Source: Alphaproteobacteria bacterium
Lineage (GTDB): Bacteria > Pseudomonadota > Alphaproteobacteria > CALKHQ01
DNA length: 64,000 bases
Assembly: GCA_965227515.1 (NCBI GenBank)
Contig: CBDDFZ010000001.1
Location: 3,017,600-3,081,599 of the forward strand
Direction of reading: 5' to 3'
Numbering within the stretch: position 1 is the stretch's first letter; each line of letters starts with the position of its first letter. The notes beneath the pieces were generated by a model that saw only the letters and a list, made by a program, of their open reading frames with translations, did no database searches and was not told the origin of the DNA. Shown here one piece after another: positions 10,702 to 20,456 of the stretch. The position numbers and the translations under genes are program-made.

Positions 10702-12685
10702 GGTGCTGCCCGAGCTACAAATCCGCCACCTGCTGATCGCCAACCGTGGCGAGATCGCCTGCCGTATCGCGCGGACGGCGCGGGCAATGGGCGTGCGCAC
10801 GACGGCGATCCACTCCGACGCCGACAGCCGGGCACAGCATATGCGTGCCTGCGATGCGGCGATCTCCTTCGGCGGCACAGCGCCGGCGGAAAGCTATCTC
10901 GATCAGGCCAAGGTGCTGGCGGCGGCACGCTCGGCCGGCGCCGATGCGATCCACCCCGGCTACGGCTTCCTGGCCGAGAATCCCGATTTCGCGGCGGCCT
11001 GCGCCGACGCCGGCATCGTTTTCGTCGGCCCGTCGCCCGCTTCGATGCGGCAACTGGCCGAGAAGGGGGAGGCGCGGCGCATCGCGGCGGCGGCCGGGGT
11101 GCCGGTGCTGGAGGGCTATGATGGCGACGACCAGTCCGACGCCGCGCTTGCCGAGGCGGCAGGCCGGATCGGCTATCCGCTGCTGATCAAGGCGACCGCC
11201 GGCGGTGGCGGGCGCGGCCATCGCGTGGTCGCGGTGCCGGCGGCGCTCGACGAGGCGCTGGCGGCCGCGCGGCGCGAAGCCAAGGCTGCGTTCGGCGACG
11301 ACCGGCTGCTGCTGGAGCGCCTGGTCAGGCCGGCCCGCCACATCGAGGTGCAGGTGGTCGGCGACAGCCACGGCAATGTCGTTCATCTGTTCGACCGCGA
11401 CTGCTCGGTGCAGCGCCGGCACCAGAAGCTGGTGGAGGAGGCGCCGGCCCCCAACCTGCCCGACGAGGTGCGCGCGGCCATGGCCGACGCAGCGGTCACC
11501 CTCGCCAAGGCGGTCGATTATGTCGGCGCCGGCACGGTGGAATTCCTGCTCGGTGAGGACGGCGCGTTCCACTTCATCGAGATGAACGCGCGCCTGCAGG
11601 TCGAACACACGGTGTCCGAGATGGTCACGGGCTTCGACCTGGTCGCGTGGCAACTCGCCATCGCGGGCGGCGCGCCGTTGCCCTGTGGCCAGGACGAGAT
11701 TGTCCGGGCGGGCCACGCCATCCAGGTGCGGCTGAACGCGGAGGACCCGGCGCGCGATTTTCTGCCGGCGCCGGGGCCGATCGACGTGTTGCGCTGGCCA
11801 GCCACACAGACCGGGCTGCGGATCGATGCTGGCTATTGCGCGGGCGACACGGTTCCCCGTGCGTACGACTCCCTCGTCGCCAAGATGATCGCCCATGCCC
11901 AGGACCGCGCGGCGGCCATCGCGCTGATGGAGCGCGCGCTTGGCGGCACGCTGATCGGCCCATTGCCCACCACGGCGGCGTTCGCCCGCGCGGTACTGCG
12001 GACGCCCGAGTTTGTCGATGGGGCCGTGGCTGTCGACATGATCGACACTGGCCAACTCGCCTGGGCGCCAGAAGGCCTCCCCGCACGGGCCGCCGCGCTC
12101 GCCGCCTGTGCTTGGCTCAACGACCCGGCGCCTGCCGAGACGCCCTGGCACCGGCGTGACGGGTGGCGACCGGCTGGGCGCGGGCGCGCGTACTTCACCA
12201 TGACGGTGGGCGGCACGCCCGTCGACCTGGCGGTGGCGTTTGCCGACGACGGCTATCGGGTCACCGTTGCGGACGAAGTTGTCGCCGTTCGTGTGCTGTC
12301 GTCCGACGATGCAACGCTGTGTGTCGCCCTGGACGGCGAAACCGTAGCCGCGCCGATCCAGCGCGACGGGCGCCATTGCTGGGTCGGCATCGACGGCCAG
12401 ACCTTCCATGTCGATCTGTTCGCCGACATCGAGGCAGGTGTGGCGTCTTCGGCAACCGACGGCACCTTGCGCGCGCCCTTGCCCGGCACGGTCATCGCGG
12501 TCCATGGCGCCGCCGGCGATGCGGTGGCCGGGGGCGATCCGCTGGTAGTGATGGAAGCGATGAAGATGGAGCACACCCTGCGCGCGCCGTTCCCAGGCGT
12601 TGTCGCCACGCTGGCGGTGGCGGCCGGCGACCAGGTGGCTTTGGGCGACGTGTTGGCGGTGGTGGAGGCGGCCGATGATGCTTAG
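10694..12685 (+). CDS. mccA: methylcrotonyl-CoA carboxylase alpha subunit (biotin carboxylase plus biotin carboxyl carrier domain)
   Basis: ATP-grasp biotin carboxylase with a C-terminal biotinyl domain carrying EAMKMEHTL. 663 aa. Confidence 0.9.
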   Translation: MPEVLPELQIRHLLIANRGEIACRIARTARAMGVRTTAIHSDADSRAQHMRACDAAISFGGTAPAESYLDQAKVLAAARSAGADAIHPGYGFLAENPDFAAACADAGIVFVGPSPASMRQLAEKGEARRIAAAAGVPVLEGYDGDDQSDAALAEAAGRIGYPLLIKATAGGGGRGHRVVAVPAALDEALAAARREAKAAFGDDRLLLERLVRPARHIEVQVVGDSHGNVVHLFDRDCSVQRRHQKLVEEAPAPNLPDEVRAAMADAAVTLAKAVDYVGAGTVEFLLGEDGAFHFIEMNARLQVEHTVSEMVTGFDLVAWQLAIAGGAPLPCGQDEIVRAGHAIQVRLNAEDPARDFLPAPGPIDVLRWPATQTGLRIDAGYCAGDTVPRAYDSLVAKMIAHAQDRAAAIALMERALGGTLIGPLPTTAAFARAVLRTPEFVDGAVAVDMIDTGQLAWAPEGLPARAAALAACAWLNDPAPAETPWHRRDGWRPAGRGRAYFTMTVGGTPVDLAVAFADDGYRVTVADEVVAVRVLSSDDATLCVALDGETVAAPIQRDGRHCWVGIDGQTFHVDLFADIEAGVASSATDGTLRAPLPGTVIAVHGAAGDAVAGGDPLVVMEAMKMEHTLRAPFPGVVATLAVAAGDQVALGDVLAVVEAADDA

Positions 12686-12695
12686 CGCGGGGCCT

Positions 12696-12775
12696 GTAGC
12701 CTGGGTGGAGCGAAGCGGAACCCGGGATTGCAGGTCTCGTTTGTCCCCGGGTTTCGTTTCACGCCACCCGGGCTA
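12696..12775. repeat. REP-like palindromic element, family 1 (GTAGCCTGGGTGGAGCG...CCACCCGGGCTAC)
   Basis: Inverted termini GTAGCCTGGGTGG / CCACCCGGGCTAC. A second copy lies at 37405-37460 with a near-identical left half (GTAGCCTGGGTGGAGCGcAGCGAAACCCGGG). Confidence 0.8.
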
Positions 12776-12790
12776 CGCCTGTCGGTGGAC

Positions 12791-13225
12791 ATGACCAACC
12801 TGGTGAAACTGTGCGTCGGGGCGGAGAGCGTCGACGACCTGCGCCGGTCGGTGGCCCAACGGGCGCGCCGCGCCGCCGCCGAGGGCCTGCCGCGCGACTA
12901 CCCCCACGTCACCCGCAGCCGCCCGCGGCTGGCCGACGACATCATCGCCGGCAAGGGCTCGCTCTACTGGGTGGTCAAGGGCAGCATCGCCTGCCGCCAG
13001 CGCATCCTGTCGTTGACCCAGGTCGAGGACGAGGACGGCCGCCCGAAGTGCCGCATCGGCATGGCGCTGGAGGTGGTGGCGACCCGGCTCTACCCCATGC
13101 GCCCGTTCCAGGGCTGGCGCTACCTGCCCGACGACAAGTGCCCGCCGGATGCCTCCCAAGCCGACGTGGAGGACGCGATGCCGCCGGAGATGTCGGAAGA
13201 GCTGCGCCGATTGGGCCTGTTGTAA
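12791..13225 (+). CDS. DUF1489 family protein
   Basis: MTNLVKLCVGAESVDDL... is the conserved N-terminus of DUF1489 proteins. I chose ATG 12791 over the track's 12728. Confidence 0.65.
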   Translation: MTNLVKLCVGAESVDDLRRSVAQRARRAAAEGLPRDYPHVTRSRPRLADDIIAGKGSLYWVVKGSIACRQRILSLTQVEDEDGRPKCRIGMALEVVATRLYPMRPFQGWRYLPDDKCPPDASQADVEDAMPPEMSEELRRLGLL

Positions 13226-13255
13226 GAGCCGCCGCCACCGTAACCTGAAAGCACC

Positions 13256-16200
13256 ATGAGCGATTATGTCCTGAGGTCCGGCGACGACCGCCTGAAGGCC
13301 AGCGACAGCCGGTCAGCTTTGCGCGCCGCCCATCGCTGCCCGGAGGACGAGGCGGCGGCGGGGCTGCTCGGCCGGCTCGACCTCTCGGTGAAGGATCGAC
13401 AGGCCATTGCCCGGCGGGCCACCGAACTGGTGCAGGCGGTGCGGGCCGAGCGCAGCCGTTTCGGCGGGCTCGACGCCTTCTTGCAGGAGTTCGGCCTCGA
13501 CACCGCTGAGGGCGTGGTCCTGATGTGCCTGGCGGAATCCCTGCTGCGGGTGCCCGACGCCGGCACCGTCGACGAGCTGATCCGGGACAAGCTGGCCGAC
13601 GGCGACTGGGCGCGGCATGTCGGCAAGAGCCCGTCCGCCCTGGTCAACGCCTCGTCCTGGGCACTGATGCTGAGCGGTCGGCTGCTGCGCGAGGACGAGC
13701 CCGACACCGGCGAACTGAGCCGCGCCATGCGCCGTCTGCTGCAACGCTCCGGCGAGCCGGTGATCCGCCAGGCGATGGTGCAGGCCATGCGCATCATGGG
13801 CCGGCACTTCGTGTTAGGCGAGACCATCGGCGCGGCGCTGAAGGAGGCGCGCGACGACGAGAAGCGCGGCTATCGCTATTCCTACGACATGCTCGGCGAG
13901 GCGGCGATGACCATGGCCGACGCCGACCGCTATCTGGCCTCCTACGCCGACGCCATCGCGCACATCGGCAAGGCGTCGAAGGGGCGCGGCCCCATCGACG
14001 GGCCCGGCGTCTCGGTGAAGCTGTCGGCGCTGCACCCGCGCTATGAGGAGGCGCAGGCCGACCGGGTGCACGCCGAGCTCTATCCCCGGCTGATGCAGCT
14101 TTGCGAGGCGGCAAGGGCGGCCGATATCGGTCTCTGCGTCGATGCGGAGGAAGCCGACCGGCTGGAGATCTCGCTCGACCTCATCGCACGCGCCGCCGCC
14201 GAGCCGTCGCTGAAGGGCTGGGCGGGCTTCGGGCTCGCCGTCCAGGCCTACCAGAAGCGCGCCATCCACGTCATCGACTGGCTGGCCGAGCTGTCGCGGT
14301 CCACTGGCCGGCGGCTGATGGTCCGCCTGGTCAAGGGCGCCTATTGGGACACCGAGATCAAGCACGCCCAGGTCGAGGGGCTGAGCGGTTATCCGGTGTT
14401 CACCCGCAAGCGCACCACCGATGTGTCGTGGCTGACCTGCGCCCAGACCATGCTGGCCGAGGACGATGCGTTCTATCCGCAGTTCGCCACCCACAACGCG
14501 CATTCCGTCGCCGCGATCCTGACCATGGCGAAGGCGCGCGGCACTGCCGCGTTCGAGTTCCAGCGCCTGCATGGCATGGGCGAGGGGCTCTATGAGGCGG
14601 TGACAGAACGCGGCCCGGAGGACGAGCGCGTGCCTTGCCGCATCTACGCGCCGGTGGGCGGCCACCGCGAGCTGCTGGCCTATCTCGTCCGCCGGCTGCT
14701 GGAGAACGGGGCCAATACCTCGTTCGTCAACCGGCTGGCCGATGAGGAACTGCCGATCGAGGAAGTGGTGGGAGACCCGATCCGCCGGTTGAAGGAGAGC
14801 GACCCCGTCGCCAACCCGCAGATCGTGCGCCCGCCGCAAATCTTCGGCGACGAGCGAACGAACTCGGCGGGCACCGACCTTGCCGGCCGCGATACGTTGC
14901 GCGCGCTGACCGACGCAATGGCCAAGCATGATGGCGGCTGGCACGCCGCACCGACAATCGAGGGCGTTACCGGCGACGCACGCGACGTGGTCGGGCCGGC
15001 CGACACCACTCGGGTCATCGGCAGCGTCATCGAGGCGACTGCCGATGCCGTGCCTGCGGCCATGGAAACCGCGACGGCCGGTTACCATGCCTGGAACGCG
15101 GCAACCGCCGAGCACCGCGCCGACTGCCTGGAGCGCGCCGCCGACCTCTACGAGGCGGAGACCGCGCGGCTGATGGCGATGTGCGTGCGTGAGGGCGGCA
15201 AGACCCTGCCCGACGCCGTCGCCGAGGTTCGCGAGGCGGTCGACTTCCTGCGCTACTACGCCGCCCAGGCCAGGCGGGAATTCGGCGCTGCGACCGTGCT
15301 GCCCGGCCCGACCGGCGAGACCAACACCTGGCGGCTCAGCGGGCGCGGTGTCTTCGTTTGCATCAGCCCGTGGAACTTCCCGCTGGCGATCTTCACCGGC
15401 CAGGTCGCGGCGGGGCTCGCCGCCGGCAACGCGGTGATCGCCAAGCCGGCCGAGCAGACCCCGCTGATCGCCGCCGCCGCCGTCGACCTGCTGCACAAGG
15501 CTGGCGTGCCGCGCGACGCGCTGATCCTGATGCCGGGGCAGGGCGCCGAGGTCGGCGCCGCATTGACCGCGCACGAGGGCATTGCCGGCGTGGCCTTCAC
15601 CGGCTCGACCGAGACCGCGCGCGCGATCAACCGCACGCTGGCCGCACGCGACGGCCCCATCGTGCCGCTGATCGCGGAGACCGGCGGGCTCAACTGCATG
15701 ATCGTCGATTCAACTGCGCTGCCGGAGCAGGTGACGCGCGACGTGGTCACGTCGGCGTTCCGCAGCGCCGGCCAGCGCTGTTCGGCCCTGCGCGCGCTGT
15801 TCGTGCAGGCCGACGTGGCCGACCGCATGACCGCGATGATCGCGGGCGGGCTGGAGGAACTGGCGGTCGGCGATCCGGCATTCCTGGACACCGATGTCGG
15901 CCCGGTCATCGACGACGATGCTCATGCCATGCTCACCGCACATGCCGGGGCGATGCAGCGGATCGCCGCGCGAAGCTGGCAGTGTGCGCGCCTGACCGCC
16001 GACGCCGAAGGGCGGTTCTTCATGCCGCGCGCGTTCGAGATCGAGCGGCTGGACCAGATCGGCGGCGAGAAGTTCGGCCCGATCCTGCACATCATCCGCT
16101 TTGCCGGCGACCGGCTGGATCAGGTGCTGGAACAGGTGCGCGCGACCGGCTTCGGGCTGACCTTCGGCCTGCACAGCCGTATCGACGAGCGTGCGGAGGA

Positions 16201-16423
16201 CATCGCCGCCGCCCTGCCGGTGGGCAACATCTACGTCAATCGGTCGATGATCGGCGCCGTCGTGGGCGTGCAGCCATTCGGTGGCGAGGGGTTGTCGGGC
16301 ACCGGGCCAAAGGCCGGCGGCCCGCACTATCTGCACCGCTTCGCCACCGAGCGGGTGGTCAGTGTCGACACTACCGCGTCCGGCGGCAATGCCACCCTGC
16401 TGGCGATGGGCAGCGAGGGGTAG
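13256..16423 (+). CDS. putA: bifunctional proline dehydrogenase / L-glutamate gamma-semialdehyde dehydrogenase PutA
   Basis: 1055 aa with a PRODH barrel plus an aldehyde dehydrogenase domain (FTGSTETARAINR, GQRCSALR). Confidence 0.92.
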   Translation: MSDYVLRSGDDRLKASDSRSALRAAHRCPEDEAAAGLLGRLDLSVKDRQAIARRATELVQAVRAERSRFGGLDAFLQEFGLDTAEGVVLMCLAESLLRVPDAGTVDELIRDKLADGDWARHVGKSPSALVNASSWALMLSGRLLREDEPDTGELSRAMRRLLQRSGEPVIRQAMVQAMRIMGRHFVLGETIGAALKEARDDEKRGYRYSYDMLGEAAMTMADADRYLASYADAIAHIGKASKGRGPIDGPGVSVKLSALHPRYEEAQADRVHAELYPRLMQLCEAARAADIGLCVDAEEADRLEISLDLIARAAAEPSLKGWAGFGLAVQAYQKRAIHVIDWLAELSRSTGRRLMVRLVKGAYWDTEIKHAQVEGLSGYPVFTRKRTTDVSWLTCAQTMLAEDDAFYPQFATHNAHSVAAILTMAKARGTAAFEFQRLHGMGEGLYEAVTERGPEDERVPCRIYAPVGGHRELLAYLVRRLLENGANTSFVNRLADEELPIEEVVGDPIRRLKESDPVANPQIVRPPQIFGDERTNSAGTDLAGRDTLRALTDAMAKHDGGWHAAPTIEGVTGDARDVVGPADTTRVIGSVIEATADAVPAAMETATAGYHAWNAATAEHRADCLERAADLYEAETARLMAMCVREGGKTLPDAVAEVREAVDFLRYYAAQARREFGAATVLPGPTGETNTWRLSGRGVFVCISPWNFPLAIFTGQVAAGLAAGNAVIAKPAEQTPLIAAAAVDLLHKAGVPRDALILMPGQGAEVGAALTAHEGIAGVAFTGSTETARAINRTLAARDGPIVPLIAETGGLNCMIVDSTALPEQVTRDVVTSAFRSAGQRCSALRALFVQADVADRMTAMIAGGLEELAVGDPAFLDTDVGPVIDDDAHAMLTAHAGAMQRIAARSWQCARLTADAEGRFFMPRAFEIERLDQIGGEKFGPILHIIRFAGDRLDQVLEQVRATGFGLTFGLHSRIDERAEDIAAALPVGNIYVNRSMIGAVVGVQPFGGEGLSGTGPKAGGPHYLHRFATERVVSVDTTASGGNATLLAMGSEG

Positions 16424-16455
16424 GGTCGCCTCGGTCCGCCCAACAACTCATTATT

Positions 16456-16620
16456 CAATGAGTACCGAATTGCCCTCACCCTCCCGCAATCCTTCGGATT
16501 GCGGGGCCCTCCCTCTCCCAGGGGGAGAGGGTGTCGCGGCAATGCTGTCAATACCCTCTCCCTTTGGGAGAGGGAGGGACCCGGCCGGCTCAGCCGGACG
16601 GGAGGGTGAGGGCAATCACC
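16456..16620. repeat. compound palindromic intergenic element (nested hairpins, CCCTCTCCC/GGGAGAGGG motifs)
   Basis: Outer inverted repeat ATTGCCCTCACCCTCCCG ... CGGGAGGGTGAGGGCAAT encloses hairpins CCCGCAATCC-TTCG-GATTGCGGG, CCCTCTCCC-AGGG-GGAGAGGG, CCCTCTCCC-TTTG-GGAGAGGGAGGG and CCGGCTCAGCCGG. It lies between convergent genes. Confidence 0.7.
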
Positions 16621-17053
16621 GCACCTTGGCGATGGTGTAGGTCGCCATCAGCTGCTCGCCGTAATAGGTCTCCAGGGTCGCCACGTTGTTGCTTACGGTG
16701 AGCACGCGGAAGAACGTGACCGGCAGCTGGCCGGTCGCAAAGGAGGTGACCTTCAGGTCGAAGCCCCAGGCCGTCTGCTCGCCCAGAACCTCGTAGGTCA
16801 GCGACCGCTCGCCCAACTCGACCACCACGTTGGCGTCGCCGAACACGATGCGGTCGGCGGCGGAGACATCGCTGACGCCGAGCGATTGCATCAGCGCGCG
16901 GGCGGACTCCACCGTCGCCGGGTCGATGCTGCCGTCGGCGATGATCCAGGTGCCGTCGGGGTGGGTCGACTGGGCGAGGGCGGGCTGCGGTGCGGCAATG
17001 GCGAGCCAGAGGCCGCCCAAGGCAATCAGCAGGGCTGAGAAACGTGGGCGCAT
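16616..17053 (-). CDS. hypothetical secreted protein (signal peptide)
   Basis: N-terminus MRPRFSALLIALGGLWLAIAAPQPALAQS looks like a Sec signal. Good coding character. Lies directly downstream of leucine dehydrogenase on the same strand. Confidence 0.55.
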   Translation of the reverse strand: MRPRFSALLIALGGLWLAIAAPQPALAQSTHPDGTWIIADGSIDPATVESARALMQSLGVSDVSAADRIVFGDANVVVELGERSLTYEVLGEQTAWGFDLKVTSFATGQLPVTFFRVLTVSNNVATLETYYGEQLMATYTIAKVR

Positions 17054-17106
17054 GGCCCGATATATGCCGCAGCCGGCGGCGGAAAGTCCACCTGTGCGAG
17101 GCGCGA

Positions 17107-18156
17107 TTACGCTGCCAGACGCTGCTCGGCCAGTTGGTCGGCGGCGTCGGCGGTGGTCTCGTCGCGGTCGCGCGCGGCGGCGAAGATCTCCAGCAGCGTG
17201 TCGTGAATGTCGGCGACCTGGCGCAGCGCCGCCCCACGATCATAGGGCTTGCCGGTGTGCCACGGCTCGTGCGCGATGTTGATGATGCCGCCGGCGTTGA
17301 TCACGTAGTCCGGGGCGTAGAGGATGCCGCGCCTGGCCAACTCGGCGCCGTGGCGCGCCTCGGAAAGCTGGTTGTTGGCGGAGCCGGCGACCACGGTTGC
17401 GCGGATCTCGTCGACCGTGGTGTCGTTGATCACCGCACCCAGGGCGCAGGGCGCATAGACGTCGACATCGGCGGCATGGATGCGATCGGCCGAGGTCGTG
17501 CGCGCGCCGAAGCTTGAAACGGCCTGGGAGACCGCGTCGGGGTTGATGTCGGCGACCGTCAGGTCGGCGCCGTCCTCGGCCAGATAGCCGCACAGATTGC
17601 GGCCGACATTGCCCAGGCCCTGCACCGCGACCCGCACGCCGTCCAGGCTGTTGCGGCGCTGGCGGAAGGCGACCGCGGCGCGAATGCCCATGTAGACGCC
17701 ATAGGCGGTGGCGGGCGAGGGATCGCCGCCTTGGCCGGGCAAGCCGGCGACGTGGCTGGTGCGGGTGGCCATCTCTGTGACGTCTGCGGTGCCGACGCCC
17801 ACATCCTCGGCAACGATGTAGCGGCCGCCCAGGCGCTCCACCGCGCTGCCCATGGCGCGCATCAACTCCGGCGACTTGTCGGCCTTCGCGTTGCCGATGA
17901 TCACGGACTTGCCGCCACCGAATTTCAGGCCGGCCAGCGCGGACTTGTAAGTCATGCCCTGGCTCAGCCGCAGCGCGTCGGTCACCGCCTCCGCCTCGCT
18001 GGCGTAGGCCCACATGCGGCAACCGCCCAGTGCCGGGCCGAGCGTCGTGTCATGAATGGCGATGATCGCCTTCAACCCGGTCGCCGGGTCGTGATGGAAG
18101 GAAACGTGTTCGTGTCCGCGAAACGCGGCGTTCTCGAAGACCGACATGGACGTCAT
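17107..18156 (-). CDS. ldh: leucine dehydrogenase (Glu/Leu/Phe/Val dehydrogenase family)
   Basis: KFGGGKSVIIGN catalytic-lysine region. Rossmann GLGNVG. 349 aa. Confidence 0.88.
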   Translation of the reverse strand: MTSMSVFENAAFRGHEHVSFHHDPATGLKAIIAIHDTTLGPALGGCRMWAYASEAEAVTDALRLSQGMTYKSALAGLKFGGGKSVIIGNAKADKSPELMRAMGSAVERLGGRYIVAEDVGVGTADVTEMATRTSHVAGLPGQGGDPSPATAYGVYMGIRAAVAFRQRRNSLDGVRVAVQGLGNVGRNLCGYLAEDGADLTVADINPDAVSQAVSSFGARTTSADRIHAADVDVYAPCALGAVINDTTVDEIRATVVAGSANNQLSEARHGAELARRGILYAPDYVINAGGIINIAHEPWHTGKPYDRGAALRQVADIHDTLLEIFAAARDRDETTADAADQLAEQRLAA

Positions 18157-18470
18157 CTCCTGCGCGATGTCCGACCGGTGAAGCCCGTTAGATATTGGGT
18201 TTGTCGGGTTGGCCTGCGACAGGGTTCACGCCCCATGGTCAATATTCGATAAATCCGGACGCGGAATTGTTCCGAAACGCAACAATCTGGCGTCGGTTGT
18301 GCCTGTGCCTTGCCCTTCGTTGCGGCGTTCACGGAAATTTGGTCGGGCCGAAGAGTGCGAACATTGCCCATCCGGCCATTCCCAATGCATCGGCCAGAGG
18401 TTAAGAATGGCGGCCCATTCGGCCTGGCGACGCAGCCAAGCCGCTCCACCCATCACTCGAGGTTCGCGCC

Positions 18471-19415
18471 ATGGCCGCACAGAAGATCATCATCGATTGC
18501 GACCCCGGCCAGGACGACGCCGTCGCCCTGTTGCTGGCGTTGGCCAACCCGGATGCGCTGGAGATACTGGGCATCACAGTGGTCGGCGGCAACGTGCCGC
18601 TAGAGCTGACCTACAAGAACGCGCGCAAGGTCGTTGAGCTGTCCGGCCGGAACGACTTCCCGGTGCTGGCCGGGTGCGCCCGGCCGTTCGTGGGCAAGCT
18701 GGTGACGGCGGAGGAGGTGCACGGCGAGACCGGGCTGGACGGCACCGACCTGCCGGAGCCCGCGGCACCGCAGCCCGACACCCACGGCGTCGACTTCCTC
18801 ATCCAGACCCTGCGCGCGGCCCAGGACAACGAGATCGTGCTGGTGCCGACCGGCCCGTGCACCAACATCGCGGTGGCGCTGGCGTCCGCGCCCGACATCG
18901 CGGCCAAGATCAAGCACATCGTGCTGATGGGCGGCGCCTGCTGGGAGGGCGGCAACACCACGCCGGCCGCCGAGTTCAACGTCTATGTCGACCCGGAGGC
19001 GGCGAAGGCGGTGTTTGCCTGCGGCCGCCCGATCACGGTGCTGAGCCTGGACGTCACCCACAAGGCGCTGTCGACCAAGGCGCGGCGCGATGCCATCGCC
19101 GAGATCCCGACCCGCTCGGCCGACCAGGTCGCCAAGATGCTGGGCTTCTACAACCGGTTCGACGAGGGCAAGTACGGCAGCGACGGCGGCCCGGTGCACG
19201 ATGCCTGCTGCATCGCCTATCTGCTGAAGCCCGACCTGTTCTCGGGCAAGCAGGTGCATGTGGACGTGGAGACCGCCGGCCAGCTCACCCGCGGCATGAC
19301 GGTGGTCGACTGGTGGGGCGTCACAGGCAACGCGCCGAACGCGCTGTGGCTGAACGAGGTCGACGACCAGGGCTTCTTCGACCTGATCAACGACGCGCTG
19401 GCGAAGTTGCCTTAG
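18471..19415 (+). CDS. nucleoside hydrolase (inosine-uridine preferring type)
   Basis: N-terminal IIIDCDPGQDDAVALLLA aspartate cluster. 314 aa. Confidence 0.88.
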   Translation: MAAQKIIIDCDPGQDDAVALLLALANPDALEILGITVVGGNVPLELTYKNARKVVELSGRNDFPVLAGCARPFVGKLVTAEEVHGETGLDGTDLPEPAAPQPDTHGVDFLIQTLRAAQDNEIVLVPTGPCTNIAVALASAPDIAAKIKHIVLMGGACWEGGNTTPAAEFNVYVDPEAAKAVFACGRPITVLSLDVTHKALSTKARRDAIAEIPTRSADQVAKMLGFYNRFDEGKYGSDGGPVHDACCIAYLLKPDLFSGKQVHVDVETAGQLTRGMTVVDWWGVTGNAPNALWLNEVDDQGFFDLINDALAKLP

Positions 19416-19434
19416 GGTCTAACCATCGCTTTGC

Positions 19435-19522
19435 CGTCATGCCCGCACTTGTTGCGGGCATCCACGTCTTTGGGTCAGCCGATGACAAGTCGTGGATGGT
19501 CGGGACAAGCCCGACCATGACG
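19435..19522. repeat. palindromic repeat, family 3 (CGTCATGC...GGCATCCACGTCTT...AGTCGTGGATGGTC...CAAGCCCGACCATGACG)
   Basis: Outer IR CGTCATG/CATGACG and inner IR CATCCACG/CGTGGATG, plus nested hairpin GCCCGCA-CTTGT-TGCGGGC. A second, longer copy lies at 37501-37648. Convergent intergenic position. Confidence 0.75.
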
Positions 19523-19544
19523 TATGAGATTGGTCAAACGCCCC

Positions 19545-20456
19545 CTACTTCTCCGTCTCGACCAGGCCGCGGACGAACAGGCGCTGCATCGCCAGGATGA
19601 TGATCATCGGCGGCAGCATCGCCAGGATGGTCACGGCGGTGACCAGCGGCCACGGCGTCTCGGCGTCGCCCACATCGAGCATGCGTTTGATCGAGATGAC
19701 GATGGGGTACATGTTCTCGTCGTCGACGACGAGCAGCGGCCAGAGGTACTGGTTCCAGCCGTAGATGAACAGGATGACGAAGAGTGCCGCGATGTTGGTG
19801 CGCGCCAGCGGCAGCAGGATGTCCCAGAAGAACTTCAGCGGCCCGGCGCCGTCGATGCGCGATGCCTCGACCAGCTCGCCCGGTATCGTCATGAAGAACT
19901 GTCGGAACAGGAACGTGGCGGTGGCGGACGCGATGAGCGGCACGATCAACCCGCCCCATGTATTCACCATGTCGAGATTGGCCACGACCTCGAACGTTGG
20001 GTTGATGCGCACCTCCACCGGCAGCATCAGCGTGATGAAGATCAGCCAGAAACAGACCATCCGTCCCGGGAAGCGGAAATAGACGATGGCGAATGCAGAC
20101 AGGATCGAGATCACGATCTTGCCGATGGTGATGCCCAGCGCCATGACGGTCGAGACGAACAGCATGCGCCACGCCGGCAGCCCGCCGACGGCCTCCAGTC
20201 CGTCGGAGAACACGGTGCCGTAGTTCTCCAACAGGTTGCCGCCGGGCAGTACCGGCAGCGTGCCCTGGGTCACGGCTTTGGCGTCGTGGGTCGACACCAC
20301 GAACGTGATGTAGATGGGAAACAGGATGATGACGATGCCGACCGCAAGCACGGCATAGGCGACCATGATGCGGTTGCGCGCCTTGCGCGCCAGCTTGCGG
20401 CGCGGTTTGGTCGGGACGGATGTGCTCGCGGACGGGGGCACGGTCGTTGCGGTCAT
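19545..20456 (-). CDS. carbohydrate ABC transporter permease (UgpE/MalG-like)
   Basis: 6-TM permease with an EAA-type loop (VEASRIDGAGPLKFFWDILLP). Confidence 0.85.
   Translation of the reverse strand: MTATTVPPSASTSVPTKPRRKLARKARNRIMVAYAVLAVGIVIILFPIYITFVVSTHDAKAVTQGTLPVLPGGNLLENYGTVFSDGLEAVGGLPAWRMLFVSTVMALGITIGKIVISILSAFAIVYFRFPGRMVCFWLIFITLMLPVEVRINPTFEVVANLDMVNTWGGLIVPLIASATATFLFRQFFMTIPGELVEASRIDGAGPLKFFWDILLPLARTNIAALFVILFIYGWNQYLWPLLVVDDENMYPIVISIKRMLDVGDAETPWPLVTAVTILAMLPPMIIILAMQRLFVRGLVETEK

Noticed and set aside
10715-12574. 619-aa minus-strand ORF antisense to mccA
   Set aside because: It overlaps a biotin carboxylase with clear motifs. Artefact of high GC.
13814-15574. 586-aa minus-strand ORF antisense to putA
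   Set aside because: Same reasoning. No domain signal, and putA on the plus strand is unambiguous.
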